Part shown: in pieces, positions 1-11,851 of the stretch
Position numbering within the stretch: the stretch's first letter is position 1
Layout: each line of letters opens with the position of its first letter
Origin: Eledone cirrhosa
Lineage: Eukaryota
Direction: 5' to 3'
NCBI GenBank assembly: GCA_964016885.1
Contig: OZ024741.1
Coordinates: forward strand, 239,940,001-240,004,000
DNA: 64,000 nt
Notes under the pieces: model-generated
The model's database searches: none
The model's input: only the letters and a program-made list of their open reading frames with translations
What the model was told of the DNA's origin: nothing
Position numbers and translations under genes: made by a program

Positions 1-80
1 TGTGGATGGGGTGGGGGTGGTGGGACGGGGGTGTATTTTGTTAGAGATGCCTACTAGCTGTAGTAGGTTTTACTATGTAT

Positions 81-3000
81 TTAGGTAAGGCGGGTCTTCT
101 CTATTACTGAGTACCGCCAAAGGTCTCGGTCCAGTGACATTGTCTTGGAGAGGTGTAAGTGCGTGAGGTCGGAGTTTATCAGCTCGTCCCAGGATTTTCT
201 AGGTCTGCCTATTCCGTGGCTACCGTCTATCTTTATTGCCCTGCACTTTGTTATACAGCTATCGACTTTCATGCGCATCACGTGTCCGTACCAACGTAGC
301 CTTCTCTCGAGTAAACAACATCTGATCCCTCTTATTTCTAATTTTTTCCTTAGTTCGTTTATGCTTTTCACGTATATTACTATTACACATCCAGCGGAGC
401 ATGCAAGCTTTGTTCCTCTCTAGTCTGCGTATATCCTCTGCACACAATGCCCAGGTCTCACTGCCATGCAACATTGCTGTTCGTATGCAGGCATCATACA
501 ACCTGCCTTTCATTTTTAGGGAGAACCCTTTAGCGGCTAATAGTGGTATAAGCTCTCTGAACTTTTTCCATCCAGTTCTGACTCTAGCTACTGTACTTTC
601 AGAGCACCCTCCCCCACTGCTGATTTTGTCACCCAGGTAACGGAAGCTGTCCACTATTTCTATAGAGCCCTCTGCGCAGTTGTAAGAGCTAGTATTTTGT
701 GGGCACTCGCTGCTACTTATTGCCCCAGAGCACCGCCCACATGTAAAATCTAAGTTCTTAGTTAGCTTACCTGTGATCCCACTACATCTTTTATGCGCCC
801 ATACTTTGCATTTGGGACATAAAATGGAGTTTCTACCTACGCCTTTCCTACACACTGAGCATGGCCATTTCCCGGAAGGGACCGCCGCCTTATTTTCTTT
901 CCTACAAACTAGAACTTTAGTCTTAACCAGGTTAATTTTAAGGCCTTTTAATTCTAGGCCGTGCTTCCATGTTTGGAATTTCTTCTCTAGCTCGGCCATT
1001 GATTCAGCTATGAGTGTCAGGTCGTCTGCGTATAGGAGTTCCCATGGGCAGCCGGTCTTGAACTCCTCTGTTATAGCCTGAAGGGCAATAATAAATAGTA
1101 GGGGGCTGAGAACAGAGCCCTGATGGACGCCAACTTTTACGCTAAACTCTTCACTATATTCGTTGTTAATTCTAACCTTGCTGACTGTTTCTTTATACAT
1201 GGCTTGTATAGCTCTCACAAGCTATTCGTCGACACCTAGTTTTCTAAGGGCCCACCAGATAATGGAACGGGGGACTCTGTCGAAGGCTTTCTCCAAGTCG
1301 ACAAAAGCTAAGTAGAGGGGTTTACCTTTAGCTAGGTACTTCTCCTGTAGTTGACGTACAATAAAAAGAGCGTCTGTGGTACTTTTGCCTGACACAAACC
1401 CGAACTGCATTTCATCTAGGTCAATTCTCTCTCTGATTAGTTGCGCTATTACTTTTTCCGTGACCTTCATGACCTGGTCGATTAATTTAATGCCTCTATA
1501 GTTACTCCTATCTAGGGCATCTCCTTTACCCTTATAACAGTTAACAATGATGCTGCTATGCCAGTCCTTCGGAACAACCCCATTCTGTACGACTTGGTTA
1601 ACTATCCGGGTAATCATGATGTGTCCCACCGTGCCAGATGCCTTCAGCATCTCAGCAACTATTTCCGAAGGCCCAGCCGCCTTATCCGTCTTCATATCCT
1701 TGATTGCCTTACTTATTATACTACCCTCGACTAACACTGCTGGTCCCTCTATTGGGTCGATGTGGGGGAGACTGTCTTTCTCCCATTTATTCTCCTCATT
1801 TAGTAGCCTTTCATAGTGACACTTCCAAGCTACCTTCTTATCAGCGTCGGTGATGGCAAGTACGCCGTCATCATTAGGTACACACTTCTCCCCGACAATA
1901 TCACGGTTTTCCTTGACACATTGCCTAGCAATCCTGAACACCTCACGTTTTTGGTCCTCGCGTTGAAGAACATGCTTGAACTTTCTTTCCTCTGCTTCCC
2001 TTCTTGCGAAGTACACTTGTCTCCTAGCTTCCCTCCTGGCCACTTGATAGTCTTCTCTACTTCCCCCATCCCGCCATACTTTCCTAGCCTGCTTTTTGGC
2101 CTTAATTGACCCTTCCACCTTACTGTTCCACCACCATGTTACTCTCCTCCTGCCAACAGGCCTGCTCCAGCCACAGACTTCGTCTGTCGCCATCAGCAGG
2201 TTTGCTTTCAGAAATTCCCACTGTCCCTCTATATTGTCCGACTCTAAATGCTCTTCCTTACTGTCGAAAGCATCAAGTAATATGCTTTGAAATTTATTTC
2301 TGGCTGTGGGGTCCTTTAGCTTCCATATTTTTCTCCTGAGGATAGTCCTCTTCTGCTGTCGAGTACGTCTCGTCCTGACTATGAGGTCGCTAATTATCAG
2401 TCTATGTTGGGAGGTGCATTCTTCATGGGGGAGGGATTTAGTGTTTACAACAGACACTCTGTCACGTCTTCTGGTAAGGATATAATCTACCTGGCTTGTG
2501 TGTTCCCCGGATCTATAGCTGATCAGGTGATTGTCACGTTTTTTGAAGTTAGTGTTACAGATAGTTAGGTTATTTGCGTCACAGAATTCCAGGATTCTGG
2601 AGCCTTTCTCATTTCTAGTACCGAACCCATAGCCTCCATGGATTTTGTCGTAGCCGTCACAATGTTGTCCAACGTGACCATTTAGGTCACCTGCGATAAT
2701 TATATAGTCACTGTCGGTTATTTGGGAGGTAGTGAGCATCAGTGTCTCATAGAATCTGTCTTTTATAGTGCCGGGCAGTCCGGATTGGGGTGCGTACGCA
2801 GATATTACTGTCACCGTAGTTCTATTGAGGACAAGTCTTATTTTAATTATTCTGTCGTTCACTCTATTTACGTCTATTATCTTATCTGCCCACTTTTCTG
2901 CTACCATGATTCCTACTCCACCCAGCCCATCGTCGTTTCCTGCCCAGAAAAGCTTATAACATCGTTTTTTACCCTCAATGAATCTAGCAGACCCACCCCT

Positions 3001-3480
3001 CCACCTGGTCTCTTGAATACAACAAACATCGACCTCCTTACGTTCAAGCATTTCTACAACCTCGTTAGCGCGACCCTTTAAGGTGCCTACATTTATGGTA
3101 CCAACTCTGAAGTTTTGGATTGCGTTTGGGGGGTGGGGGCGGTGGGCGATGGGGTTATGTTAGCCGTCCGCGGTCGAAACAAAGAGGAGTGCTCGCATTC
3201 TCGTCCACGAGGTGAATTTGTCTTTATCTTTGGCATTGTCGCTGAGCGTCCAGATTTTTCTCTCTCTTCCACTCTCCAGGATTCCGTAGTCCATCCATCC
3301 ATCATATATCGAAAAGGCAACCAGGCAAGCGATAGTATAGGCCTCTGGCTTATGATTGGTCCGCGTAATAATAATGGTGATGCGTGGGGGCTCTGGCTTA
3401 TGATTGGTCCACGTAATAACAATGGTGGTGCATGGGGGCGGGAGGGAGGGGTGTTGGGTAGGTAGCTAGCTAGAAGGTAA
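81..3480 (-). mobile_element. Near full-length RTE-clade LINE (APE endonuclease, RT, Cys-rich finger); disrupted
   Basis: ORF 1222..3051 has APE motifs (IQETRW, SAYAPQ, GDLNGHVG, QVDYIL, SQHR) and the RT N-terminus. ORF 259..1218 continues in frame after a premature TAG at 1222-1224 (GVHQGSVLSP, LLYADD). ORF 81..371 is a frameshifted C-terminus (RLRWYGHV, GRPRKSW). The 5' boundary is approximate. Confidence 0.93.
3343..3438 (-). repeat. Two ~50-bp tandem repeats in the LINE 5' region, each with a CCAAT box
   Basis: ctctggcttatgattggtcc(g/a)cgtaataa(t/c)aatggtg occurs twice in tandem. Confidence 0.85.
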
Positions 3481-3939
3481 TGGTTGAATGAGGTCCTCGT
3501 TCAAGCGATTACAAAAATACAAGCGATTAACAAAAATACAAGTCAACATAAAATAATGATAATGGTACAATTGATTAAATCAATTATAATATTTGACTAG
3601 CACTTATTTTATCAACCCTTAACTCTTTCACAACCATATTTCTAATGAAAGACACTATCTGGGGGTTTAAAATAATTATAAAAATAACCAATAATTTTAA
3701 GAGATTTAGTAATACTACTAGCTTTTTCATTATTAAAATGGTGTTTGGAACATAACTTAACAAAGGTTTTTATATAAAAATATGTTGGAAGATTTTTAGA
3801 TAAATACTAAACCACTTTGACCCACTGGGTCACATTCACTTCAAAATATTTTAAAAAAATCATGTTCACTTAAAAATAATTTTTAAATAATTAAAATATA
3901 CAGACATGTATATAATGTGAAATGAAACTGGAAGGCCCA

Positions 3940-3993
3940 TATATATACGTATGTGTATATATATATAAATGTGTGTTTGTATACATATATATA

Positions 3994-4024
<31 letters not shown>

Positions 4025-4114
4025 GTGGGTGTCTATGATCTATATACACTGGTCATAGACACACACACACACATATATATACATACATACTCACATATAT
4101 ATATACACACACCA

Positions 4115-4146
<32 letters not shown>

Positions 4147-4252
4147 TCCATTCTCCATCTCTGTCTCCTCTCCCTTTCTCTATGTCTCTCTTTCAATCTA
4201 CTCTCTCACAACCACTATCTCTTTCTCTCTATCCTTCTCTCTCTCTCTCTCT
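3940..4252. repeat. Compound (TA)n/(TG)n/(CA)n/(CT)n microsatellite
   Basis: Directly visible; explains spurious ORFs 3953..4390 and 4182..4427. Confidence 0.95.
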
Positions 4253-5487
4253 GTTTATGAAGGTACCCAGAAAAACCCCATATCTTGGGAACCCGTGCTT
4301 CGATTTACGCGAAACTTGTTTTATTCTATTTGTATTCCCATTTCAAGGGCAACTTCCTTTTCCCATTATGCACCCTTTTGGCTGTATTAAATTACAGACA
4401 AGCAAGCAAGCAATCAAAGACTTTTAGTAATATATAGATAAACGCTTTAAAATAAACAGATTTATATCATAGAATCAGAAGCAGTTTCATTTGGTTTGGT
4501 ATCAAAAAGGTTAAAGGCAAATCTGAGCTTGGAATGTAAAGTGATGTATATGAACAGTATGAGGTATCTTATATAATGTTCTATCAATTGTGGCATCCAC
4601 CACTCTTCATGAGCATAACATAATTACATGTTAATCAATCTATATGTTTGCCTATATTTCAAGTAAAAATTGTGAAGGACATTTAGCAAGAAATGTAAAC
4701 TAATAGCATAGTAGTAGTAACATAAATTGTCCCTTGATTGATAGAATTAAACATAAGAACAAAATAATGCACTTTGCTGTGGCTACAATTTTCTTGACAT
4801 TGGCTGGCCTACCATTTTATTAAATTTTTATTTTTTTATACTCACATTTATACTCTCTCTTTATTTACCTTCTTGGGCATTTTTACTTTCAATAAACAGA
4901 GACAACATAAAGTGGAGAAGACTCTTTTTGTAAGGTGGCCTCTCTAGTGTTGGTGCTATGATAAAATACACCAAGTACTTTGTAACATGGTTAAAGATTC
5001 TAGTCTTGTTGGAGACATGACAAACTCTCTAGTGCTGGTGGCATAATAAAATGCATCCAGTAAAGTTGTAAGCGATGGGTGTTAGGAAGGGATCCAGCTG
5101 TAGAAGCTACATCAAAAATTGGAATGTGTGAATGAGATTTGGTTCACCTCAACCCATCTAGGAGGGTAGTAACTCAAAATAAGAACTGTAACAACCCGTC
5201 CAACTCATGCCAAAATGAAAATTAGAAGCAAAATAATGTCATCTTTATTTCACAGTCCAGCAGCAATAAATATTCTTTCTCCATTATTAAAACTAAACAG
5301 GTAACATAGTTGGAAATATATCTAATTCTGTAATTCGCAAGAAATTAATAATATAAAATTATAATATATTTTTTAAGCATCTCTTTTCAAGTGATTACTA
5401 ATGGAAAACTGTTTTTCAGATTACCCCACATAAACAAATATTTATAGTTATGTTCTAAAATGTTAGCTATCATTATTTAAAAAATAA

Positions 5488-5671
5488 GGCGGTGAATTGG
5501 CAGTATCGGTAGAGGGTTGGACGCCATGTTTTCTAGCATAGTTACGTCCCTTTATGATCTGAGTTCAAATCCCGCCGAGGTTAACTTTGCCTTTCATCCT
5601 TATGGGGTCGATAAAATAAAGTACCAGTAATGTACTGGGTAATTGCTGGCCTTGTGCCAAAAGTAGAAACA
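5488..5671 (+). mobile_element. tRNA-derived SINE, full length, with 16-bp target-site duplication
   Basis: A-box-like TGGCAGTATCGGT, B-box GAGTTCAAATCC, core ctttgcctttcatccttatggggtcgataaaataaagtaccag and tail gtagaaaca. Flanked by attatttaaaaaataa on both sides; several other copies in the window. Confidence 0.9.
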
Positions 5672-6189
5672 ATTATTTAAAAAATAATAATTTTAAAATG
5701 TTTACCAACAGAAAATCATAAAATAGATAAAATGAGACATAATCCAAATGTTTAGTATATATTAAATATATGCTGTAAGGGTAAATACGATGCTTTAGAA
5801 ACAACAACAGGTGTATCAGACTGCTAGACCAAGTTATGAAAGTAACTAAAAGAGTTAAAGCCTGATTGATTCAGATAAGAATTTGCTCTGGTGAGATGTA
5901 GTTGAAGTTTGTGTCAAGGTGTTCCACTAATGCCCACTTTCTATTGAGAAGTTTTTATCTAAGAGCAAGTCAGTACTCCAAGCATTTATTGATCTGGTGC
6001 AGATTATTTATAGGGTACCATGCTCTGTAATTTGGTGGTCAGTAAAACAACTATGTATAAATGAATGGCCTATGAGAGCTGTGCACATCATGTAAAGAGA
6101 TGCAGTTAGTTAAGTAACTGTTGGTAAGTAGTTCAGCGATGAATTTAGCATGCAAGAAGGTGCTCATCAGTGTTCAGTTCTCAGCCTCC

Positions 6190-6930
6190 TCTGTTTATTA
6201 TAGTTCTCTAGGCTATAATAAATGAGTTTATGACTGGCTTCCTGCAAGAAATCTTGTATGCTAAGTACCTAGTTCTTGCAGCTGAATACATCTAAAAATT
6301 GGAGAAGAAATCCAAAAAATAGAAGTAAACCTAGCAGGGACAAAAGTTTTAGTTAAGAGAAAAGAAGATACGACTCAGCTGCAATCTGAGAAGTGAAGGA
6401 GGACATATGTGGTAGATAAATAGGAGTAGTTAGCAGTAGTTACCCATGAAATAAATTATGACCTGATAAGCAGGATATTAATTACTCAGAATACTTCAAA
6501 ACCATACTAACCGGAGTAAGAGTGGGTTGAAAAAAGTTTATGGACCTATTACTTCTGATGTCAACAAAGGAATCCTTCCTTCACGTGAAGAATAAGTTGC
6601 AAGAGGCTTGTATACGAAGTGTAATTAGTAAAACTAGCTATAAGAGGAATAAGATGCAGTTTGCAAGAGAGAAAATTGCACTGGTTCAAAGATATGATGC
6701 ATATGGAGGATGACAGTTGGGTTAAGAAGTATCAAGTGATCCAAGTGGAAGGAACCTGTAGAAGAGGAGAAACAAGGAGGACATGGGAAGAAGTGGTGAA
6801 AACTGATCTCAGATTGTTGAACCTCATGAAGATAACTAAGGATTGCAACATATGATGAGATGCTGTGTTGGAGAAGACCAGTCCAACCCATGCAGTCTTA
6901 GAAAAACTAATGTAAAAATGATGATGACGA
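6190..6930 (+). mobile_element. Degenerate RTE LINE 3' fragment
   Basis: Decayed similarity to the 46.5-49.7 kb RTE (ORF 6661..6855 QERKLHWF...TWEEVVKTDL) and a gatgatga tail. Confidence 0.7.
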
Positions 6931-7074
6931 CATTAAATAGTAATAAAAATGTCAGCAATTTGACAAAACTTTTCAATTTGTAACTTTGAGCATATATTAA
7001 GTAAATATACCTATACAGAAAACATGCAATGTAATAGAAATATACTTTTTATAAGACATTTTAATAAAACTTAC

Positions 7075-7395
7075 ATTTATAATTGTAAAATCCATTGTTG
7101 TACAATCCAATGACTAATAATCCACTGCAGTAAGAGAATCCATTGTAAATGCTGCTGTAGTTGTGTAAAAATTGATGAGTTGTGAATCAATGAGAAAGCT
7201 TGCTGCTATACACTTGATATATTGTATAATATTTCAACTGATTATCCATCAGTATGTGTGTCATAACCTTATTTTTATATGCATGTATGTGTGATTATCC
7301 TACATGGTTTGAATCTGTAATGTTGGACTCATTGCAATAACACTAGACATTACTGTTCAAGCATTCTACTAAGCATTTCATTGGTTGAAACTCAT
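7075..7395 (-). promoter_or_regulatory. Diverged promoter/first exon of a probable sixth protocadherin (F); coding exon off-window
   Basis: GTAAGT donor at 7074-7069, ccattgtaaatgctgctgta matching the exon-1 core of the other units, and cattggttgaa (CCAAT) at ~7379. It sits just downstream of exon 4 of gene A, as in the other units. Confidence 0.6.
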
Positions 7396-8069
7396 TAACA
7401 GAGAATAAGTAGAAAACCTTACTTGTATTGGTAAAAAGAAAATATTTCTTAATAAAAGAGAAGAACTAATATTCAATTGAGCTTTAGTTTCTGAAATAAT
7501 TATGTGAAGAGAGTGATATTTAATAAACAATATTTCAATATGAATTTAGATTCATATAGAATTTTCCTTTAATTTACTCTTATTTATTAGGATATATAAT
7601 AACAGTTGTGGATTATTTTAATTTTAAAGAAGAAAATATAGGCTTTAAATTAGAGAACTTAGGTTAATTGGACTAAGATACAGACTATTTTCTATAGTCT
7701 ATTCCATCAGAAAGACAGTAAGGTTTGAATTGGCAATTATATCAGTAACTGTTGAAATGAGACAATATGCAATTTACAGAAAATATTATAGTGCAAATTA
7801 AGTATAAGAACTATCATAAATCGTAGCTGTTGTAACCATTTAGTTTTCTATTATGAAAGAATGGAAAAAAAGCTAAGGGGAATGTAAACAGCAAGAAATA
7901 TTGTATGTAGCTATATTATTTTCTTATTTATCTTTCAAGAAAAAAAGTCATATTTTGAGTAACACCTTCATTAATATATATAGAATGCATTTCTGTATTG
8001 TGATGTTATATGTAATATAACTTAATATAATGCAGAGTAACTAATTAAAATTGTATTACATATCATATG

Positions 8070-8149
8070 TCACACATGTTTAGGGTAGGTTTCTTGATTT
8101 TCACTTCTGTTTAGTGTTGAAGTTATGCTGTTTTTATATGTATCATTTT
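8070..8149 (-). CDS. PCDH: Protocadherin A exon 4 (terminal): (E)NDTYKNSITSTLNRSENQETYPKHV*
   Basis: Acceptor tgttttcag; phase 1 matches the exon-3 donor; homologous to exon 4 of B-E with the same KHV* end. Confidence 0.8.
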
Positions 8150-8838
8150 CTGAAAACAAACAGAAACATAATATATTACAAAATGAATGTGTTTGGGACA
8201 TTTTTGCATCATTTATATATACAAATATTTACACAGTTGATTCTTTTATTTGTCTAATGGTGTTAGTTATTAGATTGCAGTCATGCTAGGGTTTAGTTGA
8301 GAGTATTGACTCCAGTAATTATTTCAGTCTGGTACTTAATTTATCAATCTATATTTTAGTTATGCTTTTTGAAATGACACAAGTTTCTACATAAGCATAG
8401 ACAAATAAAAAGAAACACACACACATATATGACAGGCTTCTGTACAGTTTCCATCTACCTAATTCCACTCACAAAGTATTGGTCAACATGACATAGTAGG
8501 AATCACTAGTCCAGGGTGATCACGCATAGCGTGATGAAGTCTGGTACCATGTGATTGCTGGTCAAACTTCATAACCATACAGTTATGCTCATATAGTATA
8601 TAATAATATTAAGCACATTACTTTTTACACAAGATGTCAAATAAACAAGTTAGAAGAGAAAGCTTCATTAAAAGTTAAATAAAATATTTCATGTTCTCAT
8701 TTCAAATTAGATAATTTTTATGAAACCCCATGTTAGCATGGAAAATAGACATTTAACAATGATGACGAAATAAGAACAATCATGCTTTATTGTATAATTA
8801 TTTCAAATCAATTAAAAAATTAGAAATGTCTTTCCTAC

Positions 8839-8983
8839 CTGAAATTACTGGTATCTCTTCATAATGCTTGGTACGTCTGTCACTCTGACTAGACAGAGTG
8901 TTAGTGGGATAGTTAGAAACAACAGATGTGCTATCTTCCACTGCATCATCATTTGATGTTACCACAATTGGTTCACTGTATTT
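8839..8983 (-). CDS. PCDH: Protocadherin A exon 3: KYSEPIVVTSNDDAVEDSTSVVSNYPTNTLSSQSDRRTKHYEEIPVIS
   Basis: Acceptor tttgttaacag, donor CAG|gtagga, 145 nt in frame; homologous to exon 3 of B-E. Confidence 0.85.
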
Positions 8984-9030
8984 CTGTTAACAAATAAATA
9001 TAAGTTTAAATGGTGAGACAAAAATTAGAA

Positions 9031-9370
9031 TTAACCCTTTACCATTTAAACTGGCCATATATGATCAGAATTCTGTCACCTCTTTCTGTTCAAACTAGCC
9101 ATTACTGGCTACTCATACTGACGTTAAGGTATTATTCTCAAAATAAATAATATCAAAATCTCATAGATTCAATATAATTGTTTCTACTTTAGGCACAAGG
9201 CCAGCAATTACCCAGTGCATTACTGGTACTTTATTTTATCGGCCCAGTAAGGATGAAAGGCAAAGTCAACCTCGGCGGGATTTGATTCAATATAATGTGA
9301 GATAATTATGTGAGGTTTAACATGTAAATACAATAGAAAATATAGAATAACATAAATGCTAAAGGGTTAA
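9031..9370. mobile_element. piggyBac-type MITE (TTAA-CCC...GGG-TTAA) with a nested SINE fragment
   Basis: ttaaccctttaccattta ... taaatgctaaagggttaa termini. SINE 3' piece at ~9175-9283 is flanked by duplicated gattcaatataat. Relatives at 22155-22406 and ~63549-63776. Confidence 0.75.
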
Positions 9371-9475
9371 TCAAATTTTTATTTATCAGAACTTCTTGGA
9401 GATTCTGATATGTCTTCAAATCAAAACCTGCAACACATGAAATAAAAAGAAAAATTAAAAAAATTTAAGTCTTAC

Positions 9476-11851
9476 CGATGTAGGTTTAGGAAGGGTTCTG
9501 CTTTGAATGGAAGCTTCATATTTATTCTGTAGCTGACCTTCTGAATAACATTCACTCTTTGATCTTTCAGAATATATATTTCTTTTTATCATCTCTTCTG
9601 TATTCCTTGACATAGCAACAGGATTGTTAGACTGATACAACAATTGTTTCATCTCTGTTCTACCTTGGTATGCTGTAGTGTTTGTTGTAGTAGCTGTGTT
9701 ATCTCTGTGTTTAATACATTTCATTATACACAGTGTTATAGAAACAACAATAGCCACTGATACTATTACTGCTGATGATACAATGATAATAACCCATGTC
9801 ATATGGACTCTACCTGAAGATTGTATAGGTACACTTTTCAACATTGGTGATGTCTCATTACTAACAGCCAATACCAAAGTCACACTAGTTGTTGATGACT
9901 GAACTGGACTACCACTGTCTTTTACAACAAACTTTAGTTCATAACTTCCAGCATCATTTAGATAAACTTGTCTGGAGAATGATAAAGCACCACTGTGTGA
10001 GTTCATAGTAAACAACTGTTTATTATTTCCTTGTATGATTCCATATGTGAGGAAAGCATTGTTTCCACTGTCACCATCAGATGCTCTGAAAACTGTGATG
10101 TCACTTTTACTCTGGGGATGGTAGTGGACATTTAGGATGTAAGGGTCAACACTAGGAAAGGTGAAATATGGAACATTGTCATTTTGATCTAAAATCTCAA
10201 CAACAACATTAGCTGTGTCATTTAGAGATGGACTTCCATTATCTTTGACAAAAACCTCAAATTTATACACATCTTGTTTCTCTCTGTCTAATGACATGGT
10301 GGCTGAAATAAAGCCATAACTGGTGATTAGAAATGGTAGATTTGATTTTTCTTTATGTAGCAAAGAATATGTGAGTTGTCCAGCAGATCCAAGGTCAGGG
10401 TCAGTGGCATTGACAAAACCAATAGGGAAGTCTTTATCTTTGTTTTCATAGGTCAGGAATTGGAATGTATCTTTGGTAAACTGTGGTTGTACATCATTGA
10501 TATCAGTCACTTGGATAGAGAGAGTTTTAACACTTTTAAGAGGTGGTAATCCTTTATCTTGACATGAGACAGGAATGTTATAGTGTCCTTGTGTTTCTCT
10601 GTCTACTGGTTTGTTTAGAACTATTTTATATTCTTTAGATCCCATTGACTGTAGTTTGAATGTATCATGTTTGATATCACAGCTGACCTCTCCATTTTGT
10701 CCAACATCATTGTCAGTGACCATCACATAAGCAATGAAACTACCAACTTTAATATCTTCAGAAATGGTAGCTGTGTTGTCATTGATAGCAGAAACATAAT
10801 CTATATCAATAGATGGGGGGTTGTTGTGTTGGTTGATAATATTTATCAGAACTGTTGCTATAGAACTTTGAGGGGGGCTACCACCATCTCTAGCCTCTAT
10901 AAATAATTCATAGGTTTTCTTTTTTCCTAAACTTGAATATTTATTTAGGAAAACATTTCCACTGGTTTCATTTAACTGAAAATAACTTTTTGCCAGATCT
11001 GATGTCTTTGGACTGAAATGGAAAGTAATTTTACCATTTTCTCCAGAATCAGAATCTGTTACAGATAAAACAATGATAGGTTTAGATTTGTGATGTGTAC
11101 TTTGTATGGATATATTATATAGAGGTTTAGAAAATACTGGTGGGTTGTCATTCTCATCTGTTATAGAGATATTTATATTTAAAATGCTTTGTTTTGCAGG
11201 AGATCCTCCATCTTTAGCTATGACCTGTAGTAAATATGTATCTTTGATTTCTCGATCTAATGATTCTTTCAATACTATTTTAAGAGAAGAAATACCATCA
11301 GCTCTTTTAGAAACAGACAGAGAGAATGGTTCACCATTTTTGGATTTTAATTTATATTGTATTAATGAGTTCTGAAAACCTACATCTTTGTCTATGGCAT
11401 TTGGTAGAGTTCTTTTTGTGCCCTTACTATCTGTTTCTGAGAATTTTAGAGAAATTTGTTTTTTGGGAAATTCAGGTAGATGGTCATTGATGTCTTCTAT
11501 TACTATTTTAATTTTTAATATTTTAGTAACACTTCTTCCTTTGTTTACAACAACCTTCACAGTTCTGGAACATTCTTTATTGAATGTACAGAGTTTCTCT
11601 GCATCCAGTGTCTGAGCAGTGTACAGTTTACCTGTTTTCGTGATATTAAATAACTGTGCCACCTTTCGTTTAAACTGACTGAATGTTATCAATTGTTGGT
11701 CAGATGGTTTAACATTGTCTAAAAGTTTAGAATCAGCAGCAATGTCTGCTACATATGTTCCTGGACTTCTCTCTTCTTCCACATGGTAGGTAAGGTCTAT
11801 GGTCAGAACACAGTGTACCATTGATAATACAATAGACAATAAGAGTAACAT
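9476..11851 (-). CDS. PCDH: Protocadherin A exon 2 coding part (792 codons: signal, EC1-EC6, TM, proximal cytoplasmic tail)
   Basis: Cadherin motifs (DINDH, DENDN, DINDV, DQNDN, LDRE, DGGSP), EC1 C-X5-C (CTFNKEC) and TM WVIIIVSSAVIVSVAIVVSITLC. Acceptor ttttag gives exon start 11908; donor TCG|gtaaga, phase 0. Confidence 0.95.

Noticed and set aside
5488-5580. tRNA genes
   Set aside because: A/B boxes are followed by SINE core, tail and TSDs; no complete cloverleaf is evident.
9678-11615. Recurrent plus-strand ORFs inside the protocadherin exons
   Set aside because: Antisense shadows of the duplicated coding sequence.
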